Made by a program: the position numbers and the translations under genes. A DNA stretch of 64,000 nucleotides from an uncultured bacterium (GTDB lineage Bacteria > Abyssobacteria > SURF-5). Location of the stretch: NCBI GenBank assembly GCA_964607485.1, contig CAZSKP010000006.1, forward strand, positions 11,344 through 75,343, in the 5' to 3' direction. The stretch's first letter is position 1. Every line of letters starts with the position of its first letter. Below are positions 29,918-38,356 of the stretch, piece after piece. The notes beneath the pieces are model-generated. The model did no database searches and was not told where the DNA came from. It was given only the letters and a program-made list of their open reading frames with translations.

Positions 29918-30568
29918 ATGCCGGAGCAGCCTGTTTTTTTTCATGCGGGAACCCTGAAGCTGGAAGGCATGTTCTCGCCGGCGCCCGCCGGTCAGCAGCA
30001 ACGGCCCTCGGCCGTCATATGCCATCCCCATCCGGTTTACGGAGGCACGATGGGCAATAACGTCGTCATGGCGCTCACACGCGCGCTCCAGCAGACGGGC
30101 CACGCGACGCTTCGGTTCAATTTCCGTGGCGTCGGCCGTAGCGAGGGACGGTATGCCGAGGGAACAGGCGAGATAGAGGACGTCCGCGCAGCGATCGCGT
30201 TCGTGCGTCAGGAATCCGGAGCCGGCGACTCACCGACCATTCTCGCCGGCTATTCGTTTGGCTCGTGGGTGGCCGCAAACTCACTCGACGGCGACAGCGT
30301 CGTGTCGCACCTCATACTGGTGGCGCCGCCTACCTCGATGTTCAGCTTTTCCGCGTTGAACGACGACAAGCAGGAGCGCGCGCGGCATTTTATCGTCGGC
30401 GAGCGCGACCAGTACTGCGACCGCGCCGTCCTGCAGGAAATATTCGACCGGCTCCCCGAGCCCAAGACAATCCGCGTCATCCCCCGCGCCGACCATTTCT
30501 TTTTCGGCCGCGACCGGGCGCTCGGCGAGGCCGTCAGAGAGGCCGTCGCCGACCACACGGCCGAGTGA
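29918..30568 (+). CDS. Alpha/beta hydrolase
   Basis: CHPHPVYGGTM, LRFNFRGVG, GYSFG nucleophile elbow, D, ADHFF. Confidence 0.92.
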   Translation: MPEQPVFFHAGTLKLEGMFSPAPAGQQQRPSAVICHPHPVYGGTMGNNVVMALTRALQQTGHATLRFNFRGVGRSEGRYAEGTGEIEDVRAAIAFVRQESGAGDSPTILAGYSFGSWVAANSLDGDSVVSHLILVAPPTSMFSFSALNDDKQERARHFIVGERDQYCDRAVLQEIFDRLPEPKTIRVIPRADHFFFGRDRALGEAVREAVADHTAE

Positions 30569-30571
30569 AAA

Positions 30572-30691
30572 GGGGTCAGGTCTTGCATTGCAACATTCTT
30601 CGCGATAGGATTTTCATTTTCAGACAGGAATTTCTCTCACCGCTCGGGCGAACGGAAAAGGACTGAATGTTGCAATGCAAGACCTGACCCC
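30572..30691. mobile_element. 120-bp MITE/REPIN-like element with perfect 27-bp inverted repeats
   Basis: GGGGTCAGGTCTTGCATTGCAACATTC (30572-30598) and its exact reverse complement (30665-30691). Confidence 0.75.
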
Positions 30692-31478
30692 AATAGGGCC
30701 TTCCCCCAAGTTTGACACCATCCTGTGGAACCTCGAGGGAGCGGTCCTCACGCTTACCCTCAACAGGCCCGAAAAGCTGAACGCGTTCAACGTCGGTATG
30801 TTCAGCGACGTCGAACAGGCGATGGAGGCGGCGTCGGCCGATTCCGCCGTTCGCGTCGTGGTTTTCACGGGAGCCGGACGCGCTTTCAGTTCGGGCGCCG
30901 ACCTCACGGATGTAAGCCAGTACCATGCCGGCGCCGAAGGCGACGCGCTCGCACTTGGCATACGACAGGCCCAGAGAGCATTCGACAAGGTCGAAGCGCT
31001 CCCGAAACCCACGATCGCCGCCATCAACGGCCACGCCGTCGGCGCAGGCTTGCAGCTTGGGCTTGCGTGCGACTTCCGCATCGCGGCCCGCGACGCAAAG
31101 CTGGGGCTATCGGACGTGAAGATAGGCATCGTCCCGGCCCTTGGAGCCACGACCAGGCTTCCCGCGCTGATCGGGATCGCAAAGACCAAGGAGCTCATTC
31201 TGACAGGCGACCTCGTGAGTGGGGAAGAGGCGCTCAAAATCGGGTTGGTCAACTACGCGGTTGATAGGGAATCCCTCGACCAGGCGGTGAACGAGCTGGC
31301 GCAGAAGCTCGCCTCCCGCGCGCCGCTCGCGATGGCCGCAGCGAAACGCCTGCTCAACTCCGCGGCGTCACTCGACGAAGTCGCCTCCGCTCAATCCCGC
31401 CTGATCAAATCCGCAGACGCGCTCGAGGGCATCTCCGCGTTCTTCGAAAAGCGGCCGCCGAACTTCACAGGATCGTGA
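30675..31478 (+). CDS. Enoyl-CoA hydratase/isomerase (crotonase) family protein
   Basis: LNRPEKLNA, AFSSGADL, PTIAAING.AVGAG, ACDFRIA, AFFEKRPP. Confidence 0.92.
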   Translation: MQDLTPIGPSPKFDTILWNLEGAVLTLTLNRPEKLNAFNVGMFSDVEQAMEAASADSAVRVVVFTGAGRAFSSGADLTDVSQYHAGAEGDALALGIRQAQRAFDKVEALPKPTIAAINGHAVGAGLQLGLACDFRIAARDAKLGLSDVKIGIVPALGATTRLPALIGIAKTKELILTGDLVSGEEALKIGLVNYAVDRESLDQAVNELAQKLASRAPLAMAAAKRLLNSAASLDEVASAQSRLIKSADALEGISAFFEKRPPNFTGS

Positions 31479-32310
31479 CAGCTTTCCGAATTTTCTCGCC
31501 GCGCTTCCTTAACACAATCCCGTCGTGCCGCCAGATTTCTTTGAACTCGGCGTGGGTGAGAGTTCTCCTTCCGTCAAACGGGTCGCCGAGGACTACCTCG
31601 TCGTCCGTTATGTCAAGCACGGCCACGTAGTGGTCGACCATGAACGTGAAGCGGATGGCGGCTATCGATGTCCCTGCACCTTCAAGCTCGCGGATCGAGT
31701 CGAAGTGTCGATACTCGCAGTCGAGGCCCTCGCCTCCATACATCTCTTCGAGCGCGCCGCAGAGCAAATCGGGCGGCGTGCCCGTCACAGGATTGGAATA
31801 TGCGGCGACGGCTATTTCTCCCTCTGCTCCTCGGATTCCGAGCTGTCCCAGCGCCGTCACGGCCGCGGCCGGGCCGCATGTGTAGGCCGTGCCCTGCATG
31901 CACACGCCGGTCGAATTGACACTCGTCTCCAGCGCAGACAGACGCCCTTTGAGAATCGCCGGGAGCGCGAACGGCAGAATCGAGAAGTGGACGACGGCGA
32001 CGACCATGAAGGTGTTCACCATCACCCTCTGCCGTTTGCGAGGCAACCGCGCGAGGCTGGTGGTGACCAGCATCGCGCACGCGAGCGACAAGGCCACGAA
32101 CTCGCGCCGACCCGCCATCAGCCAGGAGAATGGAATCTGAAAAACAAGCGTGTCGCTCCATCGCGCCGCCGCAACCATGCCGATGAGAGCGAACGGTACG
32201 ACGTATCCGATTTGCCAATACGGACTCCGCAGGCGCGAGAACGCCCGCCCGGCAAGGACCCCAACCACCGCAAGCAAAGCAACGCCCATCGTCCCGAGGT
32301 ACTCAGCCAT
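31465..32310 (-). CDS. Membrane-anchored C39-like cysteine peptidase
   Basis: About four N-terminal TM segments; MQGTAYTCGPAA (Q..C), HYVAV, GDP, F..IW..I; no ABC domain. Confidence 0.8.
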   Translation of the reverse strand: MAEYLGTMGVALLAVVGVLAGRAFSRLRSPYWQIGYVVPFALIGMVAAARWSDTLVFQIPFSWLMAGRREFVALSLACAMLVTTSLARLPRKRQRVMVNTFMVVAVVHFSILPFALPAILKGRLSALETSVNSTGVCMQGTAYTCGPAAAVTALGQLGIRGAEGEIAVAAYSNPVTGTPPDLLCGALEEMYGGEGLDCEYRHFDSIRELEGAGTSIAAIRFTFMVDHYVAVLDITDDEVVLGDPFDGRRTLTHAEFKEIWRHDGIVLRKRGEKIRKAVTIL

Positions 32311-32389
32311 GTCCTTTCCCTCCTGTGCGGGGACCGGCCTCCCCTTCCCCGGGCGTCGCCGCTTCCCATGGTGTGGGCTTTAAGCACCA

Positions 32390-33196
32390 TCAATCCTCAA
32401 GTGGTTCGCAATCCGGTATCGGCGCGCGCGGGCGCTCGTCGAGCAATCGCGCCATCGTTTCGGTCATCGGAAATTTCTCGCCCAGCTTGACGAATTCGAT
32501 GTGACCGTCGAGATAGAGGACATTGCCGCTGGGTGGGATATGGCTGAAGTTGGCGGGGTCGGTGTATGGTCTATCCCACACAATAGGAATATCGGCGGCG
32601 GTCTTGGGCGGATCATTCAAGAAACTCTCGGCTCCTCTTTTCAAACGATGAATCACGTTGCTGCCGCCATTGCCCTTTCCGTCCGCCACGACGATATCCT
32701 TGTCGCGATCCTCTGGCGCGAGCTTGTCGTATGCCTCAAAGAACGCCTCGGCCTCCTCGTCGCTTGTGACGAGCCAGCCGAGGTACACGTAGCTCATATC
32801 GGTGATGCAGTCCGGATGCACCTCGCCGACCTTGCAATCTGGATGATGTTCATTTGAGCGGAGGCGGAAATTGATTGTTGGGTCAAAGTCCGGATCGCTT
32901 GGGCACGCCACAATCGAAGCATCCGAAGCGTACTTGAAATATTCGGGGAAAAGCGCATCGCCCTCAAAGATGAAGTTGTTCTTCGTATCATCGATGACAG
33001 GATATCGGCCTTTATTCTCAGAGCCATACAGGTCGAACGCCAGACCGAATTGTTTGAGATTGTTGACGCATGCCGCACGCCGGGCGATCTCCACCTTGCG
33101 TGAACAAGGCGAGCAAGGGAAGAGTATCAAGAACGCCACGCCCGCAATCACCAACAGCGCAATAGTCTTTCCAGTACTCGTCCGCTTCCTGCCCAT
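32390..33196 (-). CDS. DUF1559/H-X9-DG-type pilin-associated protein
   Basis: N-terminal TM, ARRAACVNNLKQFGLA, ACPSD, SYVY, FSHIPPSGNVLYLDGHIEF. Confidence 0.8.
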   Translation of the reverse strand: MGRKRTSTGKTIALLVIAGVAFLILFPCSPCSRKVEIARRAACVNNLKQFGLAFDLYGSENKGRYPVIDDTKNNFIFEGDALFPEYFKYASDASIVACPSDPDFDPTINFRLRSNEHHPDCKVGEVHPDCITDMSYVYLGWLVTSDEEAEAFFEAYDKLAPEDRDKDIVVADGKGNGGSNVIHRLKRGAESFLNDPPKTAADIPIVWDRPYTDPANFSHIPPSGNVLYLDGHIEFVKLGEKFPMTETMARLLDERPRAPIPDCEPLED

Positions 33197-33314
33197 GGCG
33201 CACCTCCCTTTCGATAAGGCCTCAAGAGATTCGCAGCGTCACCTATCCCTCACAATAGGGTATCGAGGGGCGCGGGTGCTCGTCTAGCAACCGCGCCAGC
33301 CTCCTGTTGTGTGG

Positions 33315-35711
33315 TCATTCGGTGACGGTCGTGTCGTAACGCACGCCCTCGGGCACGGGTACCGGCACCGCCACGCTCACGCCCTCTTCTCCGGCCGTTT
33401 TCTCCAATTCGTCCACGGCCACGAACGCGGTGTATTCGCACAGAAGGTGGTACGTGAGCGACGTGTCGATTATCTTGCCTTTCAGTTCCTCCGAGGGATT
33501 ATAAGTCTCCTGGTCGGAGAGGTCGGCAATCTTCCAGCGCGCCCAGATGCTCTCGATGGCGGGATGCTCGGCCTCGGCGTCGGGGTCGACGTTGACCATG
33601 AACGAGCGCTCCTCGCCGCCGACGCGGCCGCTCACGCGGATGGCTGCCGGCGGCTCGCCCTCGAACCGACCCGTCACCAGCACGGGCCGGCCCACGAACA
33701 GGTCGGGAATCTGTCGCGGATACACATCGGAAACGTTCGCGTCGCCCCAGTCGATGCCGATGTCGGCCAACGCTGGGTGCGCCGCGCGCTCGTAGAACAG
33801 ATCCACCTCTTCTCCGGCGGAGTCATCCAGGCCGACGTACGCAACCGCCCCGCGACCGAGCCTGGCCATTCCTGCGAGCAGGTAGCGGTTCGTCGAACTG
33901 CCCACGCCGAAGCTGAAGATGCGCGCGGGCCCGACCTTCTCTTTGACGGCCGCAAGAATCTCGGCCTCGTTTCCGATGTATCCGTCGGTCATGAACGACA
34001 CGACGCGCAGGCGGTTCTCGTCGTGAGGGAAGTCGAGCGCGGCCTTGATGCCCTCTATCATCATTGTGCCGCCGCTGCCATGGAGGAACTTGAGATATGC
34101 CAGGCCCTTCCCAACGTTCCAGGCGGTGGCGGGAATAGGCTCAGACCCGAGGCTGGAGGCGTCCTGCGAGAAGCGGATGATCTGGAATGTGTCGTCGGGC
34201 TCCAGCTTGCGCAGGCAGCGCCGCATCGCCTCCTTTGCCTTGGCCAGAGGCTCGCCCGACATGCTCCCCGAACAGTCGAGCACAAACACCATCTCGCGCG
34301 GCGTCCGGGGCAGGCCGGCGAGCTCCTGCGGCGGCTGGAGAACGAGCGCGAATGTGCCTCCACTCTCGCCTCGGTGAATGAGCATTGCCGTCTTTATCCG
34401 GTCGCCCGCCGTCTTGTAACGCAGAACGAAATCGCGGTTCGGTATGCGGTCGTTTGGGCTGAGAGCCACATGCACGCGCGAGGGCGCGACGCGACTGACC
34501 TCTATCGCGTGAGTGCGACTGCGGACCTCTTCGATTGCGACGCCGGCGTCGATGTCGAGGCTGAGCGAGATGTCGTGACCGCTGCGCTCGCCGGGTTTCA
34601 GATACTGGACCTCGGTCGTCTGGCCCGACGCGCCCGCGCTGCCCCGGCCCACCGCGCCGACTCCGTTGGTTTTGCCCGGCGGGTTGAAGCGAGGGCCCAC
34701 GACCATCGGGAAGACAAACTCGTATTCGCCGTCTCGGTAGGCGAGAGGATTGAAATAGACAATCTGGACGTCCACCCGCTTGCCCGGTTCGATATTTGCC
34801 ACCTTCTGCGTGAACACGTTCGGCCGTTCCTGCGTGAGCAGCGAGGCGACGTATCCCTGCGAGCGGGCCTCTTCATATATCTCGAGCGCTTCCTCGCGCT
34901 CGCGGATGATGCCGCGTATGCGCCGCTCGCCAACGATCATTAGGAAGTCGGTGACCGCCGCGCTCTGGGGCAGAGGGAACACGTACTCGGCCTCTATCTT
35001 GGTGTCGTATGGGTTATGAAACTGCTGGGTCACCTCGACCGTGGCGACAAAGGCTGACACACGCCCCTTCACCTCGGTGTGCTCGAGAGGCACGGCCACT
35101 TCCTTTTCGTCGATGAGCGCGCGCAGCTCGCCCTGCGTGGGCTGGTCCTTGGCGGGTTCCGTCTCCGGCTCGGAAGCGGAGAGCTCGACTACCCACACCT
35201 CGTCAAATGCGCCGGCCGCCTCCCACGGTTCAAGATCCAGTTCATCGGCTATGAGCCGATTGAACCCGTACGGGCCGGCTCGTCGGGCCGACTCCCGCGC
35301 CTTGGCGAGAGATGGGAGAACGATGGCGATGGCGAGAAGGATCGAGCAGTTGAGAAACAGGCCCGCGAGCGCTCTCCGCCTGTCACCCGGCAGTGTGACG
35401 CCGAGGATGCTGGCAATGATTCCCGCGAGGCCCAGAACCGGGATGCTTATTGCGGACAGTCCGAGAAGGATCTCCGCCCAGTTTGGCAAGTATCCATTCT
35501 CGCTGAGTGCGATTAACGCCACAGTCAGCCCCGCCATGACAATGCCGGCAAGGCCCAGCCGGACGCCGGTCCTTGCCACCACGCCGGGCCTTTTCGGGGT
35601 AGGCGGGTCGCCTTGAACTTCTCTTAACTCTGAACCGCAGTGCTCACACCTGACCGCATCCTTCGGGAGTTCCTTTTTGCAGCTTGGGCAAACCTTCGAT
35701 TGCTGTGCCAT
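33315..35711 (-). CDS. Zinc-ribbon/TM/VIT/vWA domain protein
   Basis: CPSC..CEHC; three TM segments; VIT (EVTQQFHNP, YVFPLP, F.QKVANIEPG); vWA MIDAS DCSGS, GGT, MTDG. Confidence 0.9.
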   Translation of the reverse strand: MAQQSKVCPSCKKELPKDAVRCEHCGSELREVQGDPPTPKRPGVVARTGVRLGLAGIVMAGLTVALIALSENGYLPNWAEILLGLSAISIPVLGLAGIIASILGVTLPGDRRRALAGLFLNCSILLAIAIVLPSLAKARESARRAGPYGFNRLIADELDLEPWEAAGAFDEVWVVELSASEPETEPAKDQPTQGELRALIDEKEVAVPLEHTEVKGRVSAFVATVEVTQQFHNPYDTKIEAEYVFPLPQSAAVTDFLMIVGERRIRGIIREREEALEIYEEARSQGYVASLLTQERPNVFTQKVANIEPGKRVDVQIVYFNPLAYRDGEYEFVFPMVVGPRFNPPGKTNGVGAVGRGSAGASGQTTEVQYLKPGERSGHDISLSLDIDAGVAIEEVRSRTHAIEVSRVAPSRVHVALSPNDRIPNRDFVLRYKTAGDRIKTAMLIHRGESGGTFALVLQPPQELAGLPRTPREMVFVLDCSGSMSGEPLAKAKEAMRRCLRKLEPDDTFQIIRFSQDASSLGSEPIPATAWNVGKGLAYLKFLHGSGGTMMIEGIKAALDFPHDENRLRVVSFMTDGYIGNEAEILAAVKEKVGPARIFSFGVGSSTNRYLLAGMARLGRGAVAYVGLDDSAGEEVDLFYERAAHPALADIGIDWGDANVSDVYPRQIPDLFVGRPVLVTGRFEGEPPAAIRVSGRVGGEERSFMVNVDPDAEAEHPAIESIWARWKIADLSDQETYNPSEELKGKIIDTSLTYHLLCEYTAFVAVDELEKTAGEEGVSVAVPVPVPEGVRYDTTVTE

Positions 35712-35755
35712 GGCAATCCCCTCCGCTTAAGTTTTTGATTCCGCCCAGTTGCATA

Positions 35756-36229
35756 TTACTCCGAGTCGTGGCTGGATTCCTGCTCCTCATCCTCCGCGCG
35801 GCGAGAGGCCTCCGCGTCCTCCGCTCGCATCAGCTTGGCGAGCTTCGCAGTGTCGGCGAACATCTCGACGTGCCCGCAGGCAGGACACGCCCGTGCCGCA
35901 ACATCGACGACCGACTCGCTAAACACGAAGAACTTGGTCTTCTTGGGCATGAAATAGAGCTTGCCCGTCGAGCGTACGCTTCCCGGCAGCAGAAAGCCGT
36001 GCCCACAGACCGAGCAACGAGCGGCGTGATGTTCGGCCTCATCCTTAGCAGTGACCTTGCGGGCGACCATGTCGAGGTTCTCGCGCCGGAACCGCGTGGC
36101 CCCGCCTATTTTGAAGAAGCTGAGCGTGCCCTCTCGCATCCATCGGAAGATGGTCGGCTCGCTGACACCGAGGTAGCGCGACGCCTCCTTGATGGTCAAC
36201 CATCCCTCTGCCGTAACCAAATCAGCCAT
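35756..36229 (-). CDS. HTH_17 (excisionase/BldC-like) DNA-binding protein with C-terminal zinc ribbon
   Basis: WLTIKEASRYLGVSEPTIFRW..G.L..FKIGG.TRF; CSVC..CPACGHVE; AGGAGG upstream of the ATG at 36229. Confidence 0.85.
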   Translation of the reverse strand: MADLVTAEGWLTIKEASRYLGVSEPTIFRWMREGTLSFFKIGGATRFRRENLDMVARKVTAKDEAEHHAARCSVCGHGFLLPGSVRSTGKLYFMPKKTKFFVFSESVVDVAARACPACGHVEMFADTAKLAKLMRAEDAEASRRAEDEEQESSHDSE

Positions 36230-36239
36230 TGCCACCTCC

Positions 36240-36304
36240 TATCGTTTTATATTATTGACTATCATTTCATATCATATTATATCGTACCGCTTCGAATCTG
36301 TCAA
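36240..36304 (-). promoter_or_regulatory. Consensus sigma70 promoter with five 10-bp-phased direct repeats
   Basis: Minus strand TTGACA (36299-36304)-17 nt-TATAAT (36276-36281); plus-strand hexamers TATCGT/TATTAT/TATCAT/TATCAT/TATCGT at 36240, 36250, 36260, 36270 and 36280. Confidence 0.85.
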
Positions 36305-36528
36305 GGCCTAACGGTCAAGAAAATCGTTTGCAGGCAAAAAAGATCGAGAGAAGGCCTGGTCATACGAAACCTTGCCGGGAGGGGATTTCAGACGACTTCT
36401 TGTCGGCAACTAATTACCGTTGCTTATCTTAGGAATGTGGCGCATGCTGACTCTATTTTGCCTCGAACTCGCCTTTATGAAACTCGAGCTCTTTTCTTGT
36501 GGAGCGTTTGCTGCGATCAGGCGGGCCC

Positions 36529-36582
36529 TTGACAAATTGGGCGATGGGTGATAAGATATTATTGAGTGAGTACTCACTCAAT
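36529..36582 (+). promoter_or_regulatory. sigma70 promoter plus TetR-type operator
   Basis: TTGACA (36529)-17 nt-TAAGAT (36552) with TG extension; perfect 22-bp palindrome ATTGAGTGAGTACTCACTCAAT at 36561-36582. Confidence 0.85.
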
Positions 36583-36618
36583 TTTTCGGTGGGCTTTACA
36601 GAATAAGGAGAAACGAAG

Positions 36619-37230
36619 ATCGACAGGCAACGCAAAAACCAGAAGCGGCCAAGGGCGTCGTCCTCGGAAACCAAGCAGAGAATTGTGGATGCCGCGCTCG
36701 CAATTGCAGCCAAGAAGGGGTTCGAGCAGGCGACCACGGCCGAGATCGCGAGACACGCAGGCGTGGCCGAGGGCTCGATTTATAACTATTTCCGGGCGAA
36801 AGACGACCTCCTCTTCCACATGGTCGAGCAGTATGCCACGTCCTTCCTCGGGCAGCTTACCGCTGAAATCGAGGGTGAGACGGATGCGCTCGCGAAACTC
36901 GAGCGACTCATCGCATTTCATATCCGATTTTTCACACAGGAGGGCAACATCTTCCAAGTTGTGTTCGGCAAGACATGGGGGACCAGGGTGCAGATGGCGC
37001 GCATCATTCGTGGCGCTATTGCCCCGTACATGGTCCTCGTGGAACAGATAGTCACCGAAGGCATCGCGCGGGGACGATTCAAGAAGCTGAACCCGCAGAT
37101 AGCCGCGTCGTTTCTTCTCGGGGGGCTGCAGCTCACGTTGGTGCGACGGTTTTTCGACCTCGCCGACTACAGTCCCGAAGAGGCGATCGAGCAGGTTCGG
37201 AAAATCTACCTGGACGGCCTGATAGCATAA
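36619..37230 (+). CDS. TetR/AcrR-family regulator (apparent ATC start)
   Basis: ETKQRIVDAAL..KGF..TT.EIA..AGVAEGSIYNYF..KDDL; helix 1 begins upstream of the called GTG (36685). Confidence 0.88.
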   Translation: MDRQRKNQKRPRASSSETKQRIVDAALAIAAKKGFEQATTAEIARHAGVAEGSIYNYFRAKDDLLFHMVEQYATSFLGQLTAEIEGETDALAKLERLIAFHIRFFTQEGNIFQVVFGKTWGTRVQMARIIRGAIAPYMVLVEQIVTEGIARGRFKKLNPQIAASFLLGGLQLTLVRRFFDLADYSPEEAIEQVRKIYLDGLIA

Positions 37231-37265
37231 CAACCGCCTTCATAGGCTTGAATTGCGAGGATGGT

Positions 37266-38342
37266 ATGACACAGGCTACCGATGAACGCGGCACGAAGCG
37301 GAACACGAAGAGGCCATTGCTCGTGAGAATTGTCGGGATAGCTGTTCTTTTGGTGGTCGTCTCTTTCCTCTGGTGGCGCTTCGGTCCCATTTCGGAGCGG
37401 AACGCAAATCGGTCGAAGATTCTCGCCACGGGCACCATCGAGGCCACCGAAGTCGAGGTGTCTGCGGAACTCGGTGGAACAATCGAGAAACTGTTGGTCG
37501 ATGAAGGCTACCGCATGGAACGCGGGCAGCCGGTGGCGAAGATAGAGGACAGCCAATTGCAGGCCGAGGCGCTGCGCGCCGAGGCGGCGCTCGAATCGGC
37601 CCGTGCGGCGCTGGAGGACTTGGAGGCGGGAGCGCGCTCCGAGGAGTTGCAGCGCGCCCGGGCGAGGGTGGGGCTTGCCAAAGCCACGCTTGCGCTCGCC
37701 GAAACCGAGTGGCAACGCGCGGAGAGACTTTTCAAGGACGGCGTCTTGTCCGAGGACCAGCGCGACAATGCCCGCACGAGCCTCGACGTGGCAAAGAGCC
37801 AGCACGATGTCGCCGCCGAGGAACTGAAACTGCTCGAGGCCGGCTCGAGGCCCGACCAGATAGAGGCCGCCCGCTGGCAGCTCAAACAGGCCGAAGCCGC
37901 GTTGCGGCTGGCCAGGGTGAGGCTCGATAAGACGAACATATCAGCGCCCATTTCCGGAACCGTGCTGGTCAAGAGTTCCGAACAAGGCGAGGTGGTTTCC
38001 CCCGGCGTGCCCATCGTCACAATCGCCGACCTCGACGACATGTGGGTCAAGATATACATCGACGAGGTTGACATCGGAACGCTGAAGCTCGGCCAACATG
38101 CGAAGGTCCGGGTGGATTCATTTCCGGGAAAAGAGTTCTCCGGCAAAGTGACATACATATCCGACGAGGCCGAGTTCACTCCCAAGAACATCCAGACTCG
38201 CGAGGACAGGGTCAAGCTCGTGTTTGCGGTCAAGATAGGCATCGACAATGCCGGCGGCCTGCTAAAGCCGGGAATGTATGCAGACATCGAACTCGAAGCG
38301 ATGACGCCGGAACCCCACATGGCCGGCGCCGAATCGGATTGA
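37266..38342 (+). CDS. HlyD-family membrane fusion protein (YbhG-like)
   Basis: N-terminal TM, ATGTIEATEV, coiled coil, ISAPISG, AEFTPKNIQT, LKPGM. Confidence 0.92.
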   Translation: MTQATDERGTKRNTKRPLLVRIVGIAVLLVVVSFLWWRFGPISERNANRSKILATGTIEATEVEVSAELGGTIEKLLVDEGYRMERGQPVAKIEDSQLQAEALRAEAALESARAALEDLEAGARSEELQRARARVGLAKATLALAETEWQRAERLFKDGVLSEDQRDNARTSLDVAKSQHDVAAEELKLLEAGSRPDQIEAARWQLKQAEAALRLARVRLDKTNISAPISGTVLVKSSEQGEVVSPGVPIVTIADLDDMWVKIYIDEVDIGTLKLGQHAKVRVDSFPGKEFSGKVTYISDEAEFTPKNIQTREDRVKLVFAVKIGIDNAGGLLKPGMYADIELEAMTPEPHMAGAESD

Positions 38343-38356
38343 GAAGGGTATCGGTC

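Noticed and set aside
33309-34943. 544-aa plus-strand ORF, and similar long ORFs at 3148, 17699, 49250 and 61642
   Set aside because: Each is antisense to a well-supported gene in GC-rich DNA.
35756-36229. Excisionase marking a prophage or ICE
   Set aside because: No integrase, att repeats or phage genes nearby; better explained as an operon regulator.
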